This document shows, piece after piece, positions 1 to 10,096 of a stretch of DNA of 64,000 nt (its first letter is position 1; every line of letters starts with the position of its first letter). The notes under the pieces were generated by a model. That model made no database searches. It was not told the DNA's origin and was given only the letters and a program-made list of their open reading frames with translations. A program made the position numbers and the translations under genes. Source of the DNA: Candidatus Krumholzibacteriia bacterium. GTDB lineage: Bacteria; Krumholzibacteriota; Krumholzibacteriia; Krumholzibacteriales; Krumholzibacteriaceae. The DNA lies in NCBI GenBank assembly GCA_963770685.1, contig CAVYQN010000008.1:22447-86446 (forward strand), read 5' to 3'.

Positions 1-112
1 GACGATAAGTCGGTTGGATGGAGGCGGGGCCGGCGAACGGCGCCCGCGCCGCGGGAGGAAATCCCGCCATAACGAAGCGGATCGGAATCAATAACGGGCC
101 AAGGAGGACAGG

Positions 113-466
113 ATGAATATCCTCGATCAGATTGCGGCAAAGCACAGCAAGGAATCGATTCCCGAATTCTGCGTCGGCGACATGGTTCGCATAGACGTGA
201 AGGTCGTCGAGGGGAAACGGGAAAGGGTTCAGGCGTTCCAGGGAACGGTCATTCAGAAAAGGGGCGCCGGAGTGAGCGCGTCCTTCACGGTCAGGAAGGT
301 CAGCCAGGGCATCGGCGTGGAAAGGATTTTCCCCCTGCATTCGCCCAACCTCGCCGGCATCACGGTGCTGAGGAGGGGCAAGGTCAGAAGGGCCAGGCTG
401 TTCTACCTTCGCGACCTGAAGGGCAAAGCGGCGCGCATCAAGGAAAAGACGGACACGAACAGATGA
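113..466 (+). CDS. rplS: 50S ribosomal protein L19
   Basis: Typical L19 motifs ([43 protein letters not shown]); AGGAGG RBS upstream. Confidence 0.98.
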   Translation: MNILDQIAAKHSKESIPEFCVGDMVRIDVKVVEGKRERVQAFQGTVIQKRGAGVSASFTVRKVSQGIGVERIFPLHSPNLAGITVLRRGKVRRARLFYLRDLKGKAARIKEKTDTNR

Positions 467-1092
467 CGATTCGGCCGTCGCGCGAGACCTTCGAAAGGCT
501 TGTCGGATTCGACCGCGAAAGGATGGGGAGCCGGATCGGCCCCCTGGCCGGCGTGGACGAGGCGGGCAGGGGCGCGCTGGCGGGACCGGTGGTGGCAGCG
601 GCCGTCGTCTGCGAGCCCTGCGAAGAGCTCCTTCGGGTCCGCGACAGCAAGCTTCTCCCCGAATCGGCGCGCGAGCGCCTGCGCGATATCATCGTTGAAC
701 GGTGCGCCGCCTGGTCGGCCGGCGTCGTCGAGCCCGGCGTGATCGACAGGATCAACATCCTGAAAGCGACGATGGAGGCGATGAAGATCGCCGTGGAGGG
801 CCTGAAGGTCCGGCCGTCCCTCGTCATCGTCGACGGGCGGGACCTGCCCGACATACCCTTCCCCGCCGAGGCGGTCACGGGAGGCGACAACAGAAGCTTT
901 TCCGTCGCGGCCGCGTCGATAGTGGCGAAGGTTACACGGGACAGGATAATGAGGGAACAGGAGAAGCTCTACCCCGGGTACGGATTCCTTCGAAACAAGG
1001 GGTACGGCACGAGGGAACACATTCTCGCGATACGGGACAGGGGCTCGACGATCATACACAGGAGGAGTTTCAGGGTCGGATCAGGCGGATGA
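463..1092 (+). CDS. rnhB: Ribonuclease HII
   Basis: [37 protein letters not shown] and NKGYGT motifs; canonical rplS-rnhB order. Confidence 0.97.
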   Translation: MTIRPSRETFERLVGFDRERMGSRIGPLAGVDEAGRGALAGPVVAAAVVCEPCEELLRVRDSKLLPESARERLRDIIVERCAAWSAGVVEPGVIDRINILKATMEAMKIAVEGLKVRPSLVIVDGRDLPDIPFPAEAVTGGDNRSFSVAAASIVAKVTRDRIMREQEKLYPGYGFLRNKGYGTREHILAIRDRGSTIIHRRSFRVGSGG

Positions 1093-1496
1093 CCGTAAGC
1101 CGGATCCGACCGACAAGGGGTGTGGTGGATGTGGACGGGACCATTTCAACCGGTTCCGCCGGCGAGAGGATCGCCGCGGAATACTTAAGGCTCGCCGGGA
1201 ACGTAATACTGGAAAGCAATTATCGGTCGGGGCATCTCGAGGTCGACCTCGTTGCGAGGGACGGCGATTGCCTGCTCTTCGTCGAGGTCAAGACGAGGAG
1301 AAGCTCGAGCTTCGGAGACGCCCTGGAAGCGGTGGGGCGCGGGAAGATCTTCAACATGAGGAAGGCGGCCCGCGAATACCTTTCATCCGGGAAGGCGCCC
1401 CGGGGGTGCGAAGAGATAAGGTTCGATCTGATAGCGATCGACCTCTCGCTTCCGGAGGGGACGATGGTCCTGAGGCACCTCAAGGGCATATCATAG
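1089..1496 (+). CDS. yraN: YraN family (UPF0102) nuclease-like protein
   Basis: GERIAAEYL, NYRSGHLEVDLV, FVEVKTR and RFDLI motifs; ATG overlaps the rnhB stop. Confidence 0.92.
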   Translation: MTVSRIRPTRGVVDVDGTISTGSAGERIAAEYLRLAGNVILESNYRSGHLEVDLVARDGDCLLFVEVKTRRSSSFGDALEAVGRGKIFNMRKAAREYLSSGKAPRGCEEIRFDLIAIDLSLPEGTMVLRHLKGIS

Positions 1497-1574
1497 AAAA
1501 GACTTGATTTGCCCCTGTGTTCGATCTATTTTATCGATACCGGTCAGGTTTGATCAAATAAGGAGGATCAGAGG

Positions 1575-2183
1575 GTGACTCAGAGCAAGAAGTGCCTGTT
1601 CATGGCGTTTGCCGCCATGTTTATTCTTTCCGGATGCGGAGCGGTCAACACGCAGCTCAAGGATATACCGATAGAGCAGATGGACCAGTTGCAGGAGGAT
1701 TACATCGGGAGAACGGCCTGGACGAGGATGCTGGTCGTCGATATCGGCAGTAACGGCATCATAGACCGCGACGTCGAGGTGGAGATCGTCTCCCTCGACC
1801 TGCACTGGAACGGGGCCGTCGGCGTGAGGGGCTCCAACAGGAAGATCATCAGGCACAACCTCGGCATCGAGAGGCCCCTGACGAAGGAAAAATTCGAAGA
1901 TGCCCTCAACAGGGCCTTCTGGTTCAGGGATCCGGATTACCGTTACAGGATGAATCTCAGGGCCTTCGGGAAGAGAACGGCCAAGGCCGTTTACAACCAC
2001 GAGCTGTACAAGAACATGCCGAGCGAAGCGGCCCTCTATTCCTGGGGATTCCCCGACGAGGTCAACAAGAGCGACATCGGCGGAGTGAAACAGGAGCAGT
2101 GGACCTACAAGGATCCGAGACAGGTAAACAAGAAACGCTACATATGGCTCATCGACGACAAGGTCGACAGGTGGGAGGAATAG
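1575..2183 (+). CDS. Hypothetical lipoprotein with a C-terminal GxP...EQWTY (SmpA/OmlA-like) motif
   Basis: AAGGAGG RBS with GTG start; lipobox LSGC; followed by a terminator. Confidence 0.8.
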   Translation: MTQSKKCLFMAFAAMFILSGCGAVNTQLKDIPIEQMDQLQEDYIGRTAWTRMLVVDIGSNGIIDRDVEVEIVSLDLHWNGAVGVRGSNRKIIRHNLGIERPLTKEKFEDALNRAFWFRDPDYRYRMNLRAFGKRTAKAVYNHELYKNMPSEAALYSWGFPDEVNKSDIGGVKQEQWTYKDPRQVNKKRYIWLIDDKVDRWEE

Positions 2184-2217
2184 GGCCCGCCTTCCCGGCC
2201 GCGCAATGAACATTCAA

Positions 2218-2247
2218 GCCTCCGGATCTTTCCGGAGGCTTTTTTTT
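2218..2247 (+). terminator. Rho-independent terminator
   Basis: GCCTCCGGA-tctt-TCCGGAGGC stem followed by a T-tract. Confidence 0.88.
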
Positions 2248-2291
2248 GCCTCAATCAATATTTTCACGGGATGGTATCGGTATAAAACGAC

Positions 2292-2406
2292 AAAAAAGCC
2301 CCCGCTTGAACCGTGGGGGCGAATAACTCTGGAGCCAACTCTACAAAGAGTACAGCCCGCGGTTTTCTTCCAAAATCATTCACCTCACCAATTCAGCAGG
2401 GACTCT
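2292..2406 (-). ncRNA. Candidate rod-shaped small RNA (possibly 6S-like)
   Basis: Long self-complementary rod whose many G-U pairs work only on the minus strand; ends in U6; preceded by a perfect promoter. Confidence 0.7.
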
Positions 2407-2412
2407 GTATTT

Positions 2413-2441
2413 ATTATATCCCGTATGCCGATCGCTGTCAA
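2413..2441 (-). promoter_or_regulatory. Perfect sigma70 consensus promoter
   Basis: TTGACA (2441-2436), 17-nt spacer, TATAAT (2418-2413) on the minus strand. Confidence 0.9.
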
Positions 2442-2551
2442 TGACGGAAAACTCTTTATGATTGTTTCAACCTATATATATCTAAAAAACGGCCTTCGCC
2501 GGCATCCCCGGCGCGTATACTGCCTTACACCGCGCCGGCCGCAACGGTTTG

Positions 2552-3479
2552 TCACTGTTTCGATTGCGAGAGGTAGAGCCCGGCGAGAACTATCGCACTC
2601 CCGGCGAGAAAGAGGCCGGTGACCTCTTCGTGGAAGAAGAGCCACCCGAAGAAGGCGGCGAAGGGCGGGTTGAGATAGATGAACGACGACACCGATGTCG
2701 CGGGCATGTTCTTCAGGGCGATGTTCCATAGCCAGAACCCCACCATCGTCGAGAGGATCGTGAGGTGGCCGAGGGCCAGCCAGTGCGTCAGCCGCATCGA
2801 ATGGAACTTCTGCGTGAAGTCGGCGTCCAGAATAAGTAGGAAGGGCAGGGTCCCGATCAGGGCCGAGAGGCAGGTGAGGAGGAAGGGCCCCCTCGTCCTT
2901 ACGAGGTCCTTGCCGAGGATCGTATAGATCGACCAGCTCAAGGGGGCGAGGGTCGCGATGAGGGCGTACCTTACGTCGGCGTGCGAGGTGTCCGGCAGGT
3001 TGCCCATCCCGACCTTCCCGTATTTGACGACGACGAAAAGGCCGGCGAAGGCCAGTATGATGCCGGCGATCCTCCTGCCCGGGACCTTCTCCTTGAGGAA
3101 GATGACGGCCAGGATCAGGGTCATCAGGGGGGACAGGGTGGTCAGCAGGGCCGCCGCCCCCGGCTTGATCTCGGTCTGCGCAACGTAGAGGAAGTAATTG
3201 TAGCCCGCTATCCCGAAGATCCCCATGCCGATTATCTTGAGGCCCGCGACCCTCAGGATGTCGACCGACTCCCTGCGCCTCGGGCCGCTGGAAAGAAGAA
3301 AGAGGAGGCTGAATACGGCGAAGGGGAGGAATCTCGCCAAGTACCAGCTCCATCGGCGAAAAGACCTCCCGGAGGTGCTTTATCGAGGTGAAGGCGTTCG
3401 ACCAGATGACGAAAAGGAGGACCATCAGGGCGATCATTATGGGCATCGGGATCGTTTTAGTCGGGGAATCACCGGTCAT
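2552..3479 (-). CDS. EamA/DMT family transporter (one frameshift near 3340)
   Basis: N-terminus LFVIWSNAFTSIK continues in another frame as ARF...TLSPLMTLILAVIFLKEK...YLNPPFAAFFGWLFFHE; two EamA repeats. Confidence 0.88.
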
Positions 3480-3605
3480 TACGGGAAACCTTTCGAAGCG
3501 GTAAAGAGCGTCTTGTAATCACAGGGACGTTTGTGCTATAATAAGTCTCAGCAAGTTGTAAAGTACAGCATCTTCTGGTTCACACATCTGAAAGGAGTGA
3601 GGACG

Positions 3606-3932
3606 ATGATCAAGCGATTGATCCTGGTCTTGACTCTGATATCCTTGCTGGCCGCGACAAGCGAAGCGGTCACCATCGGTAAAGGAAGAAGGGGACGCAG
3701 CTATCTGCGGCATTCCCTCCTCGAGTCAAAACTCACAAGCGATAAATTAACGATATACCAGACGCACGGCTACCCCGTGCACCGTCTCCGCGTGAAGGGA
3801 TACGGAAGGGTGCTCGAACACTGGACCTACTACGAGATCGGGAAGGAATTCATCTTCGACGACGACTCCAACCTCGTCGAAACAAAGGATTTCTGGCCCG
3901 AGGACAGGCGGGAGAGATTCAACAGATCCTGA
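3606..3932 (+). CDS. Small secreted hypothetical protein
   Basis: GGAG/GAGG RBS; signal peptide MIKRLILVLTLISLLAATSEA; GYP...EHWTY motif. Confidence 0.75.
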   Translation: MIKRLILVLTLISLLAATSEAVTIGKGRRGRSYLRHSLLESKLTSDKLTIYQTHGYPVHRLRVKGYGRVLEHWTYYEIGKEFIFDDDSNLVETKDFWPEDRRERFNRS

Positions 3933-4066
3933 CGTGAAGGCTCGGGATCGGCTGAAATGACACATGCAGGTTTTGCGGGAGCGTGAAGTGGCAAGACCAC
4001 CTCACCCGGGATATGAGGGCGCGGAGCCACCAAACTGTCGCTCCGCGCTCATATCCCGCAAACCGC

Positions 4067-4118
4067 AAAAAAGGGGTCGGGTTCTGCAAGCAGCCACAGA
4101 ATCTGGCCCATTTTTTTT
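4067..4118 (+). terminator. Terminator-like hairpin, possibly bidirectional
   Basis: A6, then GGGTCGGGTTCTG/CAGAATCTGGCCC stem, then T8. Confidence 0.7.
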
Positions 4119-4316
4119 AGCGGGCCCCGCCGGGGCACGGTCGCCCAGGCCTTCCGCCCCGATTAAGATAAATCATCATTTTGCCGCCATATCTTGACGA
4201 AACAGCTTGAAAATATCCGCTAAAGCAGATATATTAGGCCACATGTTGAACTTGCGCTATTGCCGAAGGAAACTAACGTTTTATCAATCAATTACTTCAG
4301 ACCGAGAGGTGCTTTC

Positions 4317-5637
4317 ATGGGATGCAGGCAGATCACACCGGGCGAGGTCCACAAGACCCTCCAGTGCAACATGCTCGTCGACGGTTTTCCCTTCGTTCTC
4401 GACCTTTGCAACAGCCACGGATGCTGGCTTCACGACGCCGTCACGGGCAGGGAATACCTTGATTTCTTCACATTCTTCGCCTCGAGCGCCCTCGGATACA
4501 ACCATCCGGCCCTGACGAGCGACGAATTCCAGCAGAAGCTCGGGATGGTCGCCGTGAACAACGTGTCGAACTCCGACCTCTACACCGTCGAGATGGCCGA
4601 GTTCGTCCACGCCTTCGCCACCATCGCGGCCCCCGACTACCTTCCGAACCTCTTCTTCATAAGCGGCGGCGCGCTCGCCGTCGAGAACGCCCTGAAGGCC
4701 GCCTTCGACTGGAAGGTCCGCAAGAACTTCGCGAAGGGGTACAAGGAGGAGAAGGGGCACCAGGTGATCCATTTCAGGGAGGCCTTCCACGGCCGCACCG
4801 GGTACACGATGTCCCTGACGAACACCGATCCGACCAAGACCGACTATTATCCGAAATTCAAGTGGCCGAGGATAGACAACCCCAAGGTCACCTTCCCCGT
4901 CGAGGAGCATCTCGGCGAGATCGTCGCGGCGGAGAAGAAGGCCGTCGAGCAGATAATGAAGGCGATCAAGGACAATCCCGACGACATCGCCGCGATCATC
5001 ATTGAGCCGATCCAGGGCGAGGGCGGGGACAACCATTTCCGCAAGGAGTTCTTCCAGGAACTCAGGCGCATCGCCGACGAGAACGAGATCATCCTGATCT
5101 TCGACGAGGTCCAGACCGGCCTCGGGATGACGGGGAAGATGTGGGCGCACCAGAACTACGGCGTCAAGCCGGACATCATCGCCTTCGGCAAGAAGACGCA
5201 GGTGTGCGGGATCGCCGCGAGCAACAGGCTCAACGAGGTCGACAGCGTCTTCAAGGTATCGAGCAGGATCAACTCGACCTGGGGCGGGAACCTCACCGAC
5301 ATGTACAGGGCGAAGCAGGTGCTCGAGGTGATAAAGGCCGAGAACCTCGTGGAGAACGCCGCGAAGATGGGCGAATATCTCCTGAAGAAGCTCGATAGCG
5401 AGCTCGGCAAGAGCTATCCGAAGCGCGTCTCCAACGTTCGCGGGCTCGGCCTCTTCTGCGCCTTCGATTTCGCCGACACGAAATCGCGCAACCAGTTCAT
5501 CGACGACTGCATGAACGCGGGGCTCCTGATCCTGAAATGCGGGACAGAGGACCGTAAGGTTCCGCCCGCCCCTGAACGTTCGCGCCGAAGAGATCGACAA
5601 GGCGATCGCCATCATCGACGGCGTGCTGAAGGGCTGA
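4317..5637 (+). CDS. lat: L-lysine 6-transaminase, class III PLP aminotransferase (frameshift near 5547)
   Basis: SGGALAVENALKAAFDWK, AFHGRTGYTMSLTNTDP, EPIQGEGGD, DEVQTG, FGKKTQVCG, SRINSTWGG; the C-terminus RTVRFRPPLNV...VLKG* is in a shifted frame. Confidence 0.92.
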
Positions 5638-5685
5638 TCCTTCGGGCTTCCCGGGGCGCCCGGCCCGGCTGACACGGATTAAAGC

Positions 5686-5720
5686 AAAACGGCCTTCCCG
5701 TTCCGGGGAGGCCGTTTTTT
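5686..5720. terminator. Bidirectional terminator between convergent genes
   Basis: AAAACGGCCTTCCC-gttcc-GGGGAGGCCGTTTTTT. Confidence 0.85.
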
Positions 5721-5751
5721 ACAGGGGAACCGGAAGGTGGGGTCCTTCGGG

Positions 5752-6036
5752 TTATTTCCTGCCCTTTTTCTTTTTATCAGTCGCTTTGCAGCCCTCGCAG
5801 TTCGAACAAACGACGTCCGCGGTTCCTTTTTCCGCCTTTTCCTTTTCGGCGAAATTCTCGCTGCGGTAATCGGTCGTGTAGAAGCCCGATCCCTTGAGGA
5901 TGTGGCTCACGGCGTGGATGACCCGGAACAGCTTTCCCCTGCATTTCGGGCATACCTTTTTCGGGGAATCGGTGATCTTCTGATCTATCTCGAAATCATG
6001 GCCGCATTTTTCGCACTCGTAATGATAGGTCGGCAT
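5752..6036 (-). CDS. FmdB family zinc-ribbon protein
   Basis: MPTYHYECEKCGHDFE...CPKCRG...KGSGFYTTDY signature. Confidence 0.92.
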   Translation of the reverse strand: MPTYHYECEKCGHDFEIDQKITDSPKKVCPKCRGKLFRVIHAVSHILKGSGFYTTDYRSENFAEKEKAEKGTADVVCSNCEGCKATDKKKKGRK

Positions 6037-6160
6037 AACCCAGTCCTTTTCGCAATCATATCCTGTATGTTCATGTGTGGGGAATTTAATCATCCGGAGC
6101 CGAAAAATCAAGGGAAAGATGGTGAGGAATGAGCGCATGTCGAATTACACGAGGCCGTTA

Positions 6161-6947
6161 TCACGATTTCTTCTCGGCCAGGATGATCAGCCCACCGACG
6201 AAGGGCTCGAGAATCCTGTTCGAGAGTTTCGCGGGGTCGTTGTACGCCCTCGTGGTTGTCACGACGAGGGGCTTGAGGCCGGGGAACCCGCGGAGTTTTC
6301 GCTTCCACCAGAAAAGGGTTTTCCAGTCCTCGTCCTTCCCGTGCCAGCCGATCCCGAAACTCTCCATGGCGCGGTGCTTCGTGAGAAGCCACTTCAAGCC
6401 TCCCGATTTCCCCCTCGTATCGACGAATCGTTTCACGAACATGCTGTGGAATGTCTTGGGGTTGATCAGGTTGCCGACCAGCACGAGAAGCCTTCCGCCG
6501 GGTTTGAGGATCCGTATCTGTTCCAGCATCGCGGCATCGAAGTCCCAGATATGCTCGAAGGTGTCCTGCGAATAGACGGAGTCGAAAGAAGTGTCCGGGA
6601 AGGGCATCGCGCAGCCGTCGCCCATGACGGCTTTGACGTCGAGGCCGTAGAAACCGGCCATGCCCGCGACGAACTCCGGGTCGCCCGGGCAGATGTCGAG
6701 GTCGTAGCAGTTCGACGCCGAGGGCGGCGAGTTCGTATAGGGAAAAGCCGAGCCCCGCGCCGACGTTCAGCACCTTCTGCCCTTTTTTGACGTCCAGCAG
6801 GCGGCACAGCATTTCGAAATCGCGGTGGTAACGGTGTATGTTCTCCCGGCCGGTTTTTATCTTGAGGTCGAACTCGTTGTGGCGTTCGTTTATCCGGAAC
6901 TCCGGGGTCGGCCGGTTGATCACCAGTTTGTCCTTGTCCACATACAT
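6161..6947 (-). CDS. Class I SAM-dependent methyltransferase (frameshift near 6705)
   Basis: VLNVGAGLG motif I in one frame; GDGCAMPFPDTSFD and RILKPGG in the other. Confidence 0.85.
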
Positions 6948-6958
6948 CGGTGATTACC

Positions 6959-8783
6959 TCAGAACGGCCTTTCCCAGAATCGTTTCCACCCGTTCTCGAC
7001 GAGGCGCAGGGTGATCTCTGCGGTCGTCGCCAGTTTGAGCCAGTGTGGCGTCCGCGCATCGCGGACCTCGTCGACCCATTTCCCGTCGAGGTACTCCCGG
7101 ACGCGCGCATCGGGTCCGAGAAGCTCGGCGAAGGTCGGAGTGAGAACGGTTCTGTACCAGAGATCCCAGTTTTCCATACCGGGCTTCCGCTTCCCGCCGA
7201 TCCTCTCGGCGAGCTTGCGTGGGCCCTTGTGGATCAATTGTATCAAACGATACCGCGTTTTGTCACGGCAGGAAAAAGCGTGAATCGGGATGCCGTACAT
7301 CGGCACTCTGCGAAGGCGCGGGTTCGTCTCGATCAGCGCCGACTGGACGAAATATTCCCTGTAGACGTCGTCGTTGATAAAGACCCAGTTCTTCCCCACG
7401 CCGTATTCGATCTCGCAGGCTAGTTGTATCACGTCGGGGTGGAGGTAAGGGGCGCGTAGTGAAGCGCAGTGATCGGCGATAAGGCACTCCCCGTTGTAGT
7501 ACCGAGGCATCCCCTGGTCGATCTTGTATTCGACGTAGTTACGCACCGAGGAGAATCCGCCGAATCTATTTTCGAACCAGTCGAGCGAGCCGTCGACATG
7601 TTCCCTGAAGGGGCCGAACCGCTCTCCGAATACGCCGCGGAAGAACTCGTCGTTTACCGTTCTTTTTCCGGTGCGGAAGGCCTTCGTGATGTCGTGCGAC
7701 AGACCGTTGGGGATCTGTACGTGCCCGCGGAACATCGCGTCGGCTCCAATCCCGCTTATCACCCAGGGATTCGTCGTGCCGCCAGAGGTGATCGCGTGAT
7801 AGGTGTTGGGAAGATAGGTGCGATTGATCCCCTCGAGACCTCCCGACTGGAACACAGTCTCGCGAGAGAGCATGGGGATCCGTTCGACATAGGCGGAGTC
7901 GAAGGGCAGCTCGCGGTGAGGGAAGCCCATCGCCTTCGCCACTCCCGCCGCCAGGGTAAGGTCGATTCGAGCCGGGAAGGCCGTAGGTGTAGGTCGTGAC
8001 CCTCGCGGCATCCTTTTCCGGCATGAGGCCCGAAAGGGTCCTGCAGTCCCATCCGCCCGACAGGGCGTGGGCGACCGGCCCCGGGTAGCCATAGTACTGC
8101 GGGACGACATTCTGGAAGACCTCCACGGCCTTTTCGATTGCCGCCACCCCGGTCAGGGGGTGTTCGGCGAGCTGGAAACGTCGTCCGTATTTATGCTCTT
8201 TAACGGCGCTCGTGGCCGGATTGATCTCGGTTACCGTGGCCGTTGGAGGCCTCACGACCCCCTTGTACATGCCTGTCGGCCCGAGCGGCGTGCTGTAGTA
8301 AAAATGTTCCCATAGCCAGGCAGGGTTGAATTCCGGCGAAGGCCCCGCCACGGCGAAGGCCCCCTGGTGGCTCGCGACGTCGACCCTGCCGGCGGTGATC
8401 CTGTAGAACACGGGGTAGAAGCAGTACATGTCGGAAACGACCCATGCACGGCCCGTGGCCCGGTCGTGTATGACGAGAGCGAAGAAGCCGGGGAGCTCGG
8501 GGAATTGCCCTGGCTTGCCATCGCGAATGGGGGAGATCATCCGATCCCACGGTACGGCACCCTCGGCCACGACATCGCCACCGAGCACGGCAGTGAATCG
8601 GCCGTCGTCGTATGAGCGCTTGATTACGGAGGGGAGGCCGGGGAAAACAAAGACGGCGAGCAGGCCGAGGTCCGTCCCAATCGTTTCGATCCTGTCGGTC
8701 CCGTAGGGGTCGAGGACGCCCGCGACACGTGTCGCCGTGTCGCTTTCGACGGTTTGTCCGAACGATCCATATATTCCGGACAT
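6959..8783 (-). CDS. Asparagine synthase-like amide ligase (frameshift near 7970)
   Basis: Ntn-like N-terminus MSGIYG, GFFALVIHD, SDMYCFYPVFY; PP-loop ALSGGWDCR; ISGIGAD; RAPYLHPDVI. Confidence 0.82.
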
Positions 8784-8909
8784 CCTGGCCTTCCTTTCCA
8801 GTACGGTTACGTAAACCGGTTTTATACTTGAAGAATATTAAAACTTATATAAGTAAGATTATAGCATAGTCTATATGCGCGTGGCAAGACGTGAATTCTG
8901 CGGACGGGG

Positions 8910-8939
8910 TTGACAAGAAACAAGAAGCGGTGATATCAT
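8910..8939 (+). promoter_or_regulatory. Putative sigma70 promoter of the GT2 operon
   Basis: TTGACA, 18-nt spacer, TATCAT with an extended TG, in an AT-rich divergent region. Confidence 0.6.
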
Positions 8940-8990
8940 TTGAACATTGAACTCTAAACGTGCCGATGGAGAGAAAAAGGTAATTAATCG

Positions 8991-9694
8991 ATGAAGATAC
9001 TTGGTGATCATCCCCGCCTTCAACGAAGAAGGCAGCATCGGGCAGCTTGTCGGGGATATAAGGAAAAATATAGAGGGCTCAGATATCCTCGTCGTCAACG
9101 ATTGTTCGACCGACCGGACCGGGATGTGCTCGAATCGCTTGATGGCGTGAAGTACCTTACACTTCCGTTCAACATGGGGATCGGCGGGGCGGTTCTTGCC
9201 GGCTTCAATTATTTCCTCGAAAATGACTACGATTTCCTCGTCCGTATGGACGGGGACGGGCAGCATCCGCCGGATCAGGCCGGTATTCTGATCGACGCTG
9301 TCGTCAACGGCGGGGCCGACGCGGCGATAGGTTCGCGATATCTGGGCCACGAAAAGGAATATTCGTCGCACATGAGAAGAATGGGGATCAATCTTCTCAA
9401 CTCGCTTTCATCGGCGATTCTCAGGAAAAGGTTTACCGACAATACGTCCGGGTTCAGGGCTTACAACAGGAAAGTCCGTCCGAGCATCTCGCTGCGGATT
9501 ATCCCTTCGATTATCCGGAGCCGGAGGAGATATACATTCTGACCAGGAAAGGGTACGACGTGAGGGAGTATCCGGTCAGGATGAAGGCCCGCGAGACGGG
9601 GACGTCCTCGATAAATACCCTCCACACATACTATTTTCTCGTGAGGGTGCTGCTCACTATCTTCGTCAAATACATGATTGGAGGAAAGAAATGA
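8991..9694 (+). CDS. GT2 glycosyltransferase, DPM1-like (several frameshifts)
   Basis: VIIPAFNEE, VVNDCS, NMGIGGAV, MDGDGQHPP, IGSRY, DNTSGFRAYN, DYPEPE and RETGTSSI spread over frames. Confidence 0.85.
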
Positions 9695-9724
9695 ATCCTC
9701 ATATATCTGCTGAGCAGGATACAG

Positions 9725-10063
9725 ATGTTCAGTATCCTCGGCTCCGTGGTCCTGATCGCCCTCCTGGTATACTTTATCCGCCGGCGAAAGCTGCTCGAGG
9801 AATATTCGATCCTGTGGCTGATCATATTTTCGATATTCCTTGTAGTATCGATCTTCGGGGCGTTTCTCGAGAGTTTCTCGAGGTTTCTCGGGGTGTTGTA
9901 TCCTCCGGCGGCGCTGTTCGTTATAATGTTAATCGGAATATTCCTTCTCATGCTTCATTTTTCCATCATCATCTCCGACCTCAAGCGCAAGATAAACAGG
10001 CTGTCCATCACGAACGCCCTTCTCGAAGAGAGAATCAAATCGCTGGAAAAGCGGGGTTCGTGA
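9725..10063 (+). CDS. DUF2304 family membrane protein
   Basis: IRRRKLLEEYSILW, LGVLYPPAALF and ISDLKRKINRL pattern; typical GT2 partner; start may be at 9691 via a frameshift. Confidence 0.85.
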   Translation: MFSILGSVVLIALLVYFIRRRKLLEEYSILWLIIFSIFLVVSIFGAFLESFSRFLGVLYPPAALFVIMLIGIFLLMLHFSIIISDLKRKINRLSITNALLEERIKSLEKRGS

Positions 10064-10096
10064 GTTTTTGTATTCAAACCCGGGACTGGAACTCGA

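Noticed and set aside
1-112. Possible 3' end of trmD
   Set aside because: Expected from gene order, but no recognisable coding motif is present in this short stretch.
4200-4316. Lysine riboswitch upstream of lat (AGAGGTGC seen)
   Set aside because: The motif lies immediately before the ATG and serves as the RBS, leaving no room for the aptamer.
4284-5675. Long antisense and alternate-frame ORFs (also 50347-51552, 59114-60469, 62295-63806)
   Set aside because: Shadow ORFs caused by high GC3 opposite well-supported genes; they have no recognisable motifs.
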